DNA of 59,438 nt, the filler included, from Dugesia japonica (lineage: Eukaryota): assembly GCA_001938525.1 (NCBI GenBank). It is 6 parts of 6 records of this genome, joined end to end, with 100 filler letters (N's around TTAATTAATTAA, not from the genome) between each part and the next. Parts side by side here need not be neighbours in the genome. Positions count along the whole stretch, not along the records: positions 38,549 to 50,541 come from MQRL01634085.1; positions 50,642 to 59,438 come from MQRL01210416.1; 4 more parts are not named here. One strand, written 5' to 3'. Under the pieces are notes generated by a model that saw only the letters and a program-made list of their open reading frames with translations, did not search any database and was not told the DNA's origin. A program made the position numbers and the translations under genes. Below are positions 39,382 through 51,589 of this stretch, piece after piece; within the stretch, counting starts at the first letter, position 1; the number at the start of each line of letters is the position of its first letter.

Positions 39382-42300
39382 TTATGATCTGAGATGATAT
39401 TTGTATGGTTTTGGGGTTATCATTTCTGTTTCTGCTAATTTGCACCTATTGACTGCAACTACTGTAGGATCATCATTTTTGTTCTTTATCACTTGTAAGT
39501 TTGTATCTGTTACTTTCACTAATTCGAAAGGTCCTTTAAATGGTCTGGCCAGTTTGTTTGTTAAACCCTTTTTTGAATTTGGAGTCTTTATTTGCACTTT
39601 ATCTCCAACTTTAAATTGATGTGGTTTCGCACTTTAGTCATAATAATCTTTGTACTGTTCTTGTTTGAATTTTACTCTCAATTCAGCTTGTTTATAAACT
39701 TCCTGTAATCTTTCCTGCATTTTCGTGACATAATCCGGATTTTCCATGTATTGTGATACAATAGGCTCGAATGTAACATCTATCGGATTGTGATTTTTTC
39801 TCAGGTACATTAAGTAGAATGGTGAATATCCGGTTGCTTCGTTTTCTGTTGTATTATGAGCAAATAGTGCTGGTTTGATAAATAAATCCCAATCATTTTG
39901 ACTTTTGTTGACAAATACTGATAGTCTGTTGCATAGTGTATTATTAAATCTTTCCACAAGACCGTCTGTCTGTGGGTGGTATGCTGAAGTATTTATTTTT
40001 TGAATATTAAAAATTTCGTTGACTCTTTTAACTGTTTCGCGGAAGAAATTTCTACCTCTGTCTGACAGTAAATTTTTTGGGTGCTCCATATTTAAAAATA
40101 ATTTTCTCTACTAACAACTTTGCAACTGTTTCCACTGATTCGTCTTTGGTGGGAAATGCTTCGGCCCACTTTGTAAAATAATCGCTAAATACCCAAATAT
40201 GTTTATTTCCTTTTATCGTAGTTGGTAATTTGCTTAGGAAATCTATAGTGTATATCTCCAATGGGGCTGGCATTGGATGAAGTGGTACTTTTGTTTTTGT
40301 TCCAGTGTTCTTTCTAGTTGCACATATAGAACAAGCTTTGCACCATTGTTTTACATCTTCTTGTAAGTTTTGCCAATAACATTTTTGTAAAATTCTAGAT
40401 GCTGTTTTTCTACTTGACAGATGTCCACCAAGAGCACCATCGTGATATTGGAGAAGTAACATCTGCTTTAATGAATAAAGTACACCCCATAAATATTTTC
40501 CCATATTGTCATACACAAGCAGATCCTTGTATATCTTATATTTTGTATTTTCATTGAGAATATTTCGTATTGATTTGATGATTTTATCTTTTCTTTGTTC
40601 ATCTGAGAAAGTTTTATCGTTTATACCTTCGGCTATCATAGCCATTAGTTCTATTATTTCTACTTCTTTTATATTAGGAATTCTTGATAATGCATCAGCA
40701 TTTCTATTAGCTCTTCCGGGTTTATATTTAATTTTTATATTCATATCTTGGATTTTCATAGCCCATTTTAGTATCCTGCTGGATGTATCCTTGTTTTTTC
40801 ATAGGCCTTCAAGTAGTTTATGATCTGTTCGTATAGTAACTTCTGTTCCATAAATAAATGGTCGAAATTCTTTCAATGCGTATATTATTATTATTATATT
40901 ATTATATCCACTTACGTCTGTCATGATTATAAATGGTTTGTTGAAATCTGGATATCTCAATATTGGTGGTGTTATTAATTTTTCTTTTAACATTCCAAAG
41001 GCTTTCTGTTGATTATTCCCCATAATTTTTGTAACTTTGATGAGCTTTCATCTATTTTTTCGGTAATCATCACATTCTTACTTTCTCCTTTTGTTTTTAA
41101 TCCTTTTGTTAATTGCACTAATGGGGCGTATATTTTGGCAAAATCTTTTATAAATCGTCGACAGTAACCAACTAATCCGTTATAACTCTGTAGTTGTTGC
41201 ACTGTTTTTGGTATTGGGAAATGTTTTACTGCTTCTATTTTGTCTGGATTTGGTTGCAAACCTTTTGATGAGACAATATGACCTAAAAATAATACCTGTT
41301 CCTCCGCCCATTTAAATTTTGTTAGTTTCAGTTTTATATTTGCTTTTTGTAATCTGGATATCATGTTTTCTATGTTTATCAAATTTTGTTCAAATGATTC
41401 TCATACGATAAGAATATCGTCCATATATACTATTACATGTTCCACATCTATNNNNNNNNNNNNNNNNNNNNNNNNNNNNNNNNNNNNNNNNNNNNNNNNN
41501 NNNNNNNNNNNNNNNNNNNNNNNNNNNNNACCGTCTTCTGTTACAAATGCAGTTTTTTCTCTATCTTGTAATAACACTTTTAGACCATAAAAACCTTTGT
41601 TAGTATCGAATATAACAAACCATAATGCTTTACTTAATTTATTAAATTGCTCTTGTATTTTCGGGAAAGGGTGTGTATCTTTCTTGGTGACTTCATTTAG
41701 TTTTCGATAATCTACACACATTCTGATTTCTCCATCCTTTTTCTTCACTGGCACTACTGGTTATGCCCATGGAGAGAAACTTTGCACTATTATTCCGTTG
41801 TCTTTCAATTCTTTTATTTGTCGCTTAATTTCTCTCAATTTATTTGGTGCAACATATGGCCATTGTTTAATTGGTTTAGCATTACCTGTGTCAATGGCAT
41901 GTTGTATAATATCTGCTTCACCCATATCAAATTCATGTTTTGCTAAAACATCTTCATATTTATCTATTACTGCTTGTAATTGTTGTCGTTGACACGCTGT
42001 TAGATTACTATTGGTTATTTTAGTTTTATCATAAAACTTGGTTTGCTTAGTTATGATTTTGTCATAAATTATTGTCTCTTTTACTATTTAATTTTGTTTT
42101 CTAGGGTTATTATCGTTAATTGTAATTTCATTTATTTCACAATCTTCGTTTTTTACATAAAGTTTACCTAATTTTATACCTGGAAGAAGATTAACGTCTT
42201 GATTATTATAATTAGCAATTCTTATGGGCATGTTTCTCTCTTTTGGTACAAAGCATCTGGGTACTATTGATATATTACATTTTTGCTCTAATTGATAATT

Positions 42301-42750
42301 TGGTTCGAAAAAATAAGTATTTTAACTACGGAACCCTAATTTTGCAGGCATTCGTATGAATATTCTATTTTCGCGTTGGACTTTAGATATAAATCGTTAT
42401 TTGCTTTTTCATTATTTACGGAAGCTGATTTTCGTAATTTATTGTTTTGTAGATCTATAACGTATCCTGTCAATTTTGATAATAAATCCATTCCCAAAAT
42501 ACAATCTTGTACCCCTTGATCTACAACTCGGAATGGGTGTTGTATATTTTCATTTTCTACAGTCTATTATCCCTTTTATATGTAATTTGTGACCCGTGAA
42601 TGATTATTATTCCTCTGACAGTCTCGTATCAAGATTCTCTTGTTGTTTTTTGTTAAGAAGTACCTCTTTAATTATTGAGCATGCTGCTCCAGTGTCTATT
42701 AATGAAGATATGTTATATCCGTTTATTGATATTATCATCGTAGGTCTAGG
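39382..42750 (-). pseudogene. pol: pol of Gypsy B (PR-RT-RNase H-IN with GPY/F motif)
   Basis: ORF fragments 42607.., 41401.., 40987.., 40799.., 40052.., 39634.. and 39382.. carry the canonical motifs in Gypsy order. Confidence 0.92.
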
Positions 42751-42979
42751 AGTATCTCCATTTATTGCATATATCTCGTGAGAGTTTTGTGGTGCAGTAT
42801 ATCTTATTATTTTTTTGTGTTCAAGGTTTGATTTTAATTCATTAAGTTTATCTGTTTCTGATTGATTAGGTTTGTTAATGTAATTGTTTAGTTCTGTATT
42901 CTCATCTCTGTTTGATAGATCAATTGTGTATGTTTGATTTTGTATTTCTAATTTGCTGATTATATCCTGGTGTTTTTGC

Positions 42980-44650
42980 ATGATTAAATGTTTTGCAATA
43001 AATGGGCATATACATGCTGCTAATTTCCATGTAACNCCAAATACTGAATGAAATTGTTTTAATGATATTAATTGATGGCATGCTAATTTCAATAAAATTG
43101 ATACATAATATATTAATAGGAAAAACGAAAATATACCACCGATTGTTTGTGCTTTGCCTAAAAGTTTATCAATAAAACCTTGTATGGCTCTTTTGTAGTG
43201 ATCTACATGTAATAGTGACTCAAAATTAATATCATCTGCTTGGCTTCCTTTATTAATTCTGTCAATCATAATTGATATTATCTTTTCCCTTACTTTAGGA
43301 AACAGGACATGTTTTCTGGCTTTCTATATATCTTCTTGAGTATATATGCCAGCATTTTCCATATTGTCTTGTCTATCGAATATCACTTTTCTCTGTAGTT
43401 CCATCATTTCTAATACGGCAGACATTTTCGCTGTTTTACGATCTAAGGCTGTGATCCATATATCATCATTTATTTTGTATAATGGATCGAGAACATTGCT
43501 ACATTTGTTAATTTCTTTTGGTTTATAATTTTCATCAGTTAAAATTCGTGTCACAGGTAATAGGAAGACCTTTTTATTGTTATGTATTACTGGTAATTCA
43601 TTTGTACATTTTGGGTGATCTGTTAACGTAACCTTTGCTATTTTACATTTAAAGGTGCTTCACCCACGATTCTTCCAAAAGTTCCCGTTTCCTTGAACAA
43701 TAGTGGAGTCATTAAATCTGGATTAGTGCAAGCTAGTGCCATCTTTGTGCGCAGCAATTCTATATTTACTTTACAATCTCTAGATAATGTTTCATCATAT
43801 AGTTTTTCCATTTGATATATTAAATTATGGTATGCACAATCACGTTTATTATTAAAATATGAAGCTAATTTGATGTCTAATTTATCTACTAGATCTTTAG
43901 AGGCTTTAATAAGTTTGGTCGATATATATAATCCATTATAGTTGGTTTTCTTTACTACTGTTGTACATTTGATTGTTTCTCCTTTGTCAATAAATCTCAT
44001 AAGATCCTTAGAAGAATTTGTTACATATATTGTAGGAGTTGCTTTCTCTTGTATTACTGTTAATTCTCTCTTTTGATCTCTTGNNNNNNNNNNNNNNNNN
44101 NNNNNNNNNNNNNNNNNNNNNNNNNNNNNNNNNNNNNNNNNNNNNNNNNNNNNNNNNNNNNNNNNNNNNNNNNNNNNNNNNNNNNNNNNNNNNNNNNNNN
44201 NNNNNNNNNNNNNNNNNNNNNNNNNNNNNNNNNNNNNTTGACTGAATCAAATGAATCTTTTAATTTCCTCAATTCTACATAATACATCCGTCTTACTACT
44301 AAATTACTCCTTGTTTCTCCCCATAGATAATAGTCACATCCTTTGCACCATCTTCCTCCGGATGACCATCCGATTATATTTTTTGATTGTCTTACTTTCA
44401 CTCCAATTCTCGCTTCTAATTTAACTTTTTCATGTACTGTTATTTCTTTGTTTTCAAACGCTTTATCGCAATCTTCAGCTGATATATTTACTGCTTCTGG
44501 AAATATTATGTTTATATTATGTAGTTTATTTATTTTACTTTTAAATGTTGTGTTAATGTGTTTCTTTTATATATTTATTAAAGTATTCAATACAAAACTG
44601 TCAAAAGAATCCTTATATAATTTAGCATTTAGTTGCAAGGTTACGCTTTA
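42980..44650 (-). pseudogene. env: Chuvirus-like / gB-type (class III) envelope glycoprotein, disrupted, N-terminus missing
   Basis: GRWCKG..SNLVV, KTNYNGLYI, YFNNK, DCKVN..TKMALACTNPD, GRIVGE..KC, CTNELPV..VFLLPVTRIL, C..LDPLYKINDDIW, AGIYTQEDI*KARKHVLFP, then a TM region GGIFSFFLLIYYVSILLKL..FHSVFxVTWKLAA. Motif order matches chuviral G and its retroelement-borne homologs. Confidence 0.82.
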
Positions 44651-44857
44651 AATTCTCAAAAGTTTTTCGCAACTTTAACTATACTGTGAATTTCGTTTCA
44701 ACTCACGAATCTAAATTTCTAATTTCGTTTCAAAAACTATCTTATTCAAATTTCGCTTATATCAAAAGTTTTATTGGGTTTTATTTCAATTTTATTTTAT
44801 TTAAAATTTCGTATTAAACACTTGTATATTTGAATATATATATTATTTGAATCGGCT

Positions 44858-44874
44858 CCTCACTCGGGGCACCA
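44858..44874 (-). promoter_or_regulatory. Primer-binding site, probably for elongator tRNA-Met
   Basis: Minus strand TGGTGCCCCGAGTGAGG; plus strand CCTCACTCGGGGCACCA resembles the 3' end of metazoan elongator tRNA-Met (CCTCACACGGGGCA-CCA). Confidence 0.75.
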
Positions 44875-45692
44875 AATTTTTTGAGATACCTTGGGGGATT
44901 TGACCAAGACAAGTCAACAATACGTGAGTTTAAGTAATTGATTTTATAAAACTATTGAAATACCAATTTATACTAGTGTTATAGTGTGAAACCTTTATAT
45001 AGCTAATATAAATATAATGATATAATATAAATACACTATATAGTTTTCTTTGTCTTTTACAAAATAAATTACTTCAAATGAAATTTTATTAAAAAAATTG
45101 TCAATTACACGTTATTATTTTGGCCCAGTTGTGAATTGAACGCAATCCAAACTGTTGTATGGCTTAATAATTTGGTGTTTAAAAGGAAAAGTAATCCACT
45201 ATTTATACTAGTGGCTTATGAAAATCATACACATAAAATAAACGTAAAATTTTCCATAATTTACGTTAAATATAAAATAAAAAAAAATTTTCCATTATTT
45301 ATAAAAATNTTCATACATTTACAATAAAAATTAATAAAATTTACCGATTAAAAATGAGATTTTCCGTTGTTTATTTTTATAATCCAAATTGATTTATGAT
45401 CGATAAACTTTAATTTAATGTACTTTATTTTAACTTTGTAATTTTAATGTGAAAATTCAAAAATTTACATAATAAAAAAAAAGAAATTTTTCAATAAAAT
45501 TTACAACTTGTTCACACAAATAAAAATAAAAATTCAAATAAATAATAAATAAATAAATTATTTGTACAGATGGAGTTCCCAGTATGTTTAGAAAAAAAAC
45601 AGAGGATTTGCTACTCTTTTACTTCAGGCCAATCCCTGTGTAATCTTTGCCAAAGTGTTCATTTAATACATTATTAAAATAGTATTTCTACC

Positions 45693-45952
45693 TGTTAGGA
45701 ATTTAAAAATAAACTCCCATTTCTAATTTTCAAAAATCATCATTTTAAAATAATTCTGATAAATTTTATATTGATTATTATAGCCAGTAAATTTGTCAAC
45801 ATTAAAATAATTTACCTTTGAGGAACTTTGTCTAAATATTCTGAATTAGAATATTAATTTTTATTGTTAATAAATCTTAAAGTTATTGAAATTATTTTAT
45901 GGATATTGAAACTGAACCCAATAACTTAATGACAGGTAACATGGCGACCACT
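45693..45952 (+). repeat. 5' LTR (45693-45941) and PBS (45942-45952) of Gypsy C
   Basis: TGTTA...TAACA inverted ends directly followed by TGGCGACCAC (tRNA-Arg-like PBS). Confidence 0.65.
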
Positions 45953-46392
45953 ACCAAGGATTTATTATTTACAGATTATTATGGAGATATTCTACAGAGG
46001 GGATAACCTAGAAGAATTCATTACAGATTGCCTTCGACTTTTCAGTGTCACCAATACAAATCTGAAGATGCAGGAAATTTTGGTAACTACCTTATTGGAT
46101 AAAGCATTATTGGAGAAACATGAAAATGCATAAGGAAAATCTTTGGAAGAAAAGCTTAGAAATGCCTTCCAAAAACCAAGTTCCTTAATAGAAGATCAGA
46201 AAGAAGCTTTAAGTTATGAGCAAGGCAACGATTCGACAGAGATATTCATCGATAAAATCAAAAAATTGACAAAAAAGTTAATTATTCATAAATGGGACGA
46301 AGAAGAAATAGAAAAATGCTTATTAATTAATTGTGTTGGAGATAAAAATGTAAAAAAAAAAGAAATAGAAATGCGAGAATTAAGAACATCAG

Positions 46393-46934
46393 TGAAAGTG
46401 TGTTTAGAAAAGCGAGTTAAAATTTTTGTGTGATTGGTGACCATATTTTTAAAATCTTTTGTTTAAAAGAAAGATTTAAAGTATTGATGAAGAATTTAAA
46501 TAACAAATATTGTTTTTAATGATAAATTAAAACTTTTGAGTAAAGGGAAATTTTTCTTAAATTTTAATTAACTAAATAAAATGTTTGAAATAAATTAAAT
46601 TAAATTAATTTTAAATAAATTAAGTTTCAATTTAAAAAAAATTCAAAAATGATGATTGGATANNNNNNNNNNNNNNNNNNNNNNNNNNNNNNNNNNNNNN
46701 NNNNNNNNNNNNNNNNNNNNNNNNNNNNNNNNNNNNNNNNNNNNNNNNNNNNNNNNNNNAAATTTAAATAAATAAATTACAGTTTTCGATTTTGAAAAAT
46801 GATCACCAATGAAAACACAGGATTTTAATTTGTCTAAATAAACAAATAGTATTAAGCATAGTTTGTATTTGAAATAAATTTTATGGAATTGAATTTTGAT
46901 GTTGATAATCCAAGTTCTCAAAACTCATCTAACA
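46393..46934. mobile_element. ~540-bp TG...CA insertion (solo LTR) with 5-bp TSD inside gag of Gypsy C
   Basis: ATCAG|TGAAAG...CTAACA|ATCAG. Removal restores in-frame ELRTSEQIRSTIMKVEKV, joining ORFs 46143 and 46960. Confidence 0.85.
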
Positions 46935-49900
46935 ATCAGAACAAATCAGATCAACAATAATGAAAGTTGAAAAGGTAAATAAAGCAATTGGTCATATCAA
47001 TGTTCTCAGAACCTTAACAACCAAGAATTTACGAAGTTATAGAGACATGGTACAGAAGAGACAGTTGAGAGATACAGATATGAAAATAAATAAATATGAA
47101 AATAGACGAATTCNNNNNNNNNNNNNNNNNNNNNNNNNNNNNNNNNNNNNNNNNNNNNNNNNNNNNNNNNNNNNTTTTCAATGCTATGCATGTGGAGCAG
47201 TAGGACACATGCGTAGAGAATGCCCAAGAATTCAGTGTGGAAGATTTCTTTTGTGGGAATATAAAACAACAGAATTTTACACAAATTTAAAAAGAAGACA
47301 GAAAGAGAGAATAGTTGATAATATAAATTATAAGAGACATGATAATGTCAGAAATCAGAGTAATGAAACTAGAGATTTCATGAACAAAAATCAACAGAGA
47401 AACAGACAAAATCAAAAGATTACAGCAGCAATTGGTTCTAATGGCATACACCAGCAGAAGAACAAACCAATGAACTAACTGATGTATTTGAAGCAATAGA
47501 GTACCCAATAGGTTATGCTCCTTCCAGAGAGGCGATGGTCGGAGCAATTTATTAGGTAATTTTGATGTAGATATTGGCTATAATAATGTAAATAAAATAG
47601 AGTATTTTAATTTTAAAAAATTTATATTAAAAATTCATCTAGTAAAAAATTAAGTAACATGTATAGTACTAATTTTTTTAATTCTATACATGATAATTAT
47701 CTTGTAAATAATAATGATGACAACAATAATGAATAAAATATAACGTTAGATGATAATGAGTATATTGATTTGAGAGTTACAGAGAAGATTTATAAATTTA
47801 TTAAGAAAGATTTTGATGTAAATGAAAATGAAATAATAGAAGGTGCATATGATTATATCGATCAGCAAATTTTAACTATAGACAAAAGGAAACGACCAAG
47901 AATAACCTATAATAAAATGCAAGGCAGACCAAGTATAACGATAAGTATTTAGTGTCGTGAGATGGAGTGTCTATTAGATAAAGGTGTCAGAGTTAACGTA
48001 TTATCATAAACAATACTAGATAAATTAGAAGAAGTAGAAATAGTTAAAGCGAATGAATTATTAAGATGTGTGAATGATAGTAAATTAGAAACAATGGGTA
48101 AAATTCATATTAATGTCAAATTAAAAAATGAAGAAAAGAAAAAAACATTTATAGTAGTAAAAAGTATTTTTCCGGATATTATTGGAGGTATTGAGTTTCA
48201 AAATAAATTCGGTATAAAACTGACGTGGATAGAGAAAACAAAAGAAAGGACAGAATATTTTATTAGTGATATAGAAGTAAAGTATGGCAGGAATTTCATG
48301 GATGATGAAAGATTACGATGTGCAACAGAACTTTTGAAATTGAGCAAAAATAATAAATTAATGGAAATCGCGCAAAGAAATAAAAATTTCTTCATGGCAG
48401 AAAAGTGGGATATTAAGTGCACGGCTTTAGTTGAACACAGAAGTAAAACGAATGGAGGACCGATAAAAATAAAACCAAGTAGGCAGGTTGTAAATTTAGA
48501 AGGAAAAATAAATGAGGCTAAAAAATTTAGAGGACAATGATATAATCAGGAGATGCAATTCACCTTGGAATACACCTTTGGTATGTGTTTGGAAAAAAGA
48601 AAAGAAAGATATCAGATTGTGTCTAGATTTTAGACAATTGAATCAAATTACGGAAAGACAAGCATTCCCTATGCCAAATGTTGAAGAGATTTTGGATACA
48701 TTATATGGTGCTAAATATTTTAGCTCTATCGATCTTGGCAGCGCTTATTACCAAGTAAGGTTTGATAAGGAATCACAAGAAAAAACGGCTTTTCCACAAA
48801 GGAGAGCCAATTTTGTTTTAATAGAATGCCATTTGGCATTGCGACAGTTTCTGGAACATTCCAAGAATTGATGAATAAGATATTAAAAGAGATGTGGAAG
48901 GATGGANNNNNNNNNNNNNNNNNNNNNNNNNNNNNNNNNNNNNNNNNNNNNNNNNNNNNNNNNNNNNNNNNNNNNNNNNTTTTGAAGACAATTAAAGACG
49001 CAGGATTAAGAATTAATCCAGAAAAATGCTAACTGTTAAAAAGAGAAGTTAAGTTTTTAGGTCATATAATAAATGACGAAGGCATTCAAATGGATTCGAA
49101 TAAAATAGAAATTATCCAGTTATTTCAAAGACTAAAATATCTAAAAAAACTTGAGGAGTTTCTTAGGCATATATAATTATTATAAGAAGTTTATTAGAGA
49201 TTATTCAAAGAAATAAAAATCATTAGAAGCTATGTGTGGGGAAAATAATTCAAAATTAATATGGTCTGATTTGTGTGAAAAAGCATTCGATGAAATTAAA
49301 TTAGCATTAATAAGCTCTCCAATATTGATATTCTCAGATTTCCGAAAAGAATTTATACTCGACACCAATGCAAGTTTTGATACAATTGGAGCGGTATTAT
49401 CTCAAGAGGATGAATACGGACATGTAATAGCATATGGATCTCATTCTTTGAATGATCATGAACGGGGTTACGGTATTACTAGAAAATAATTGTTGGTGAT
49501 CTACTATTTCTGTCGGCATTTCAATCACTACTTATATGGTAAACAATTTACACTACGCACACATCATAAAACGACTACATTCATGCTAACTACTAATAAA
49601 CCAATAACGGCACAGTTCCAAACATGGATAAATTATTTAAATAGCCTGGATATTAAGAGCCAATATGGAATTTAGAAAAGGTGTAAGACACGGCAATACA
49701 GATATCTTTTCAAGAAATACATGCAGAACATGCGTACAATGTCTGTTGGATCATTATCAATCAAAAGTAGGGCGATTAAAAATGAGATTGATAACCATCA
49801 TGGCGGAAGATAATGGTGAAAATTGGCAAAATAATTCCAAAGAAATACAGAAACTAATTGAGGGGTTAAATAGACAAGAGACTGCTAAATTTATTGTTGA

Positions 49901-50541
49901 TAACGGTATTGTTTACACAAAATATAACAAGACAATAGACAAGAAATTATTAAAAAGACTCATGTTTTACAGTGTCAGGCAGGAACAGAAAAACAATGAA
50001 ATATATTAAAAATAATTTTGATATAAAGGATTTGGTTGTTGAAGTAAAAAGAATTATATCAGAATGTGATCAATGTNAAAAGACAAAGATAGTAACGACA
50101 AAGGTAAAAAGAAGACACCAAAGTAGTAGTGGCAATGAACCGTTCGAGAAAATATAAATGGATATATGTGGACCGTGAAAGAAACACTAAAACGAGAGAG
50201 ATAAATTTGTGCAATTATCGACCACTACAGTAAATATATAGTATTCANTGCTATAAATAAACAAGATGAAAAGACAATAGTCCAAGTTTTACTGAATATT
50301 TGGATACTAAAATTTGGAGCACCGAAGGAATTAAATGTAGATTGTGGGGAAAGGTTTGAAGCAAAGGGTGAAAAGGAAGTGACAAGTGCAGTAGTAATTG
50401 AGCTAATATTCTCTGGTTCATACTATCACAATATCAATGGCATGGTTTAAAGACAGTTTCGAACCATTAGAGAATACATAAATGCATCATTAAAAAAATA
50501 TATTACCAGAAATTGAGTACAGTTTGAATTCGACAACTCAG

Positions 50542-50641
50542 NNNNNNNNNNNNNNNNNNNNNNNNNNNNNNNNNNNNNNNNNNNNTTAATTAATTAANNN
50601 NNNNNNNNNNNNNNNNNNNNNNNNNNNNNNNNNNNNNNNNN
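50542..50641. other. Artificial scaffold spacer N44-TTAATTAATTAA-N44
   Basis: Same structure as the other spacers. Confidence 0.95.
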
Positions 50642-51589
50642 TGCTTAATTTTTTATTAGAATTTTAAACTGACAAAAACTGAATTCAATCGATAATGAGT
50701 TAAGAGTGTGTTTGTCAAACAAGCGACCTTATATGAAGGCGATATGCCAAAAGCACTAAGGTTAAATTTCACATTAATATTTTATAAAAAGATTTTTTTT
50801 AATTTTTATTAAATATTTTTCTTTAAGTATTGAACTTACAAAACTTGTTATTTTCATATCTGGAAACTTAATATAATAATGGTAAGGTGTCCTAAAGTTT
50901 TCAAATTTTCCGTTAGGGTGTCACCATTAAAAAGGAATTTTGAGAACCACTGTTTTAGAATATTATAACTTTAAACTCAAGGAAAATTTATAAGCTTTTT
51001 AACTTAAAATGAACAAATTCTAGTAATATTCCATTATTATTGATTTCTATTTATATTTTCCGGATTTCCATAATTAATTTAAAATTCCTTATAGTTTAAA
51101 ACTGTGTTTCCCTAATTGGACGATACCGCTCCCTAGGGAACTAGAATAATTTCCGGGGCGATAGTAACCTAGGATGCATTAGGGGCGAATAAAAATAAGA
51201 AAGCGATCCAAGTATAGAGAAAGAGGGACGATTAAACGCATTTGTACATTTATAATGTAAAGATATAAAGAACAACTGCTAAAAACTAAATTTTAGAACT
51301 TAAGTTTGATTTAATTCANNNNNNNNNNNNNNNNNNNNNNNNNNNNNNNNNNNNNNNNNNNNNNNNNNNNNNNNNNNNNNNNNNNNNNNNNNNNNNNNNN
51401 NNNNATTATAGAACACTGCAAAATTATGGTACCTATTAACTACTACTACTACTACCTCACCTAATATGGTTTTTATTTTGTTTATACCTACTTTAGTTTA
51501 TATAATATTATATATTTAATATTGAATATACTTAAATTTTAATATAACATAAAATAAAAATATATATATAATATAAATATGTTTTATTT

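Larger units (their letters stand above)
38549..45060 (-). mobile_element. Degenerate env-bearing Ty3/Gypsy element B: PBS, glycoprotein, PR, RT, RH, IN, extra ORF
   Basis: PBS at 44858-44874; glycoprotein ~44650-42980; LIDTGAACS; MCVDYRKLN; YMDD; LITPPILRYPDF; HDGALGGH..CSIC; FSDYFTKW; SDRGRNF; YHPQTDGLVER; KGPF; YHLRS. LTR boundaries are approximate. Confidence 0.9.
45693..50541 (+). mobile_element. Degenerate Ty3/Gypsy element C (3' end beyond the scaffold edge)
   Basis: 5' LTR and PBS; gag from ~45980 with CYACGAVGHMRREC; decayed protease LLDKG; SPWNTPLV, LCLDFRQLN, MPFG, FILDTNASFDTIGAVL, CDQC, FGAPKEL. Confidence 0.92.
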
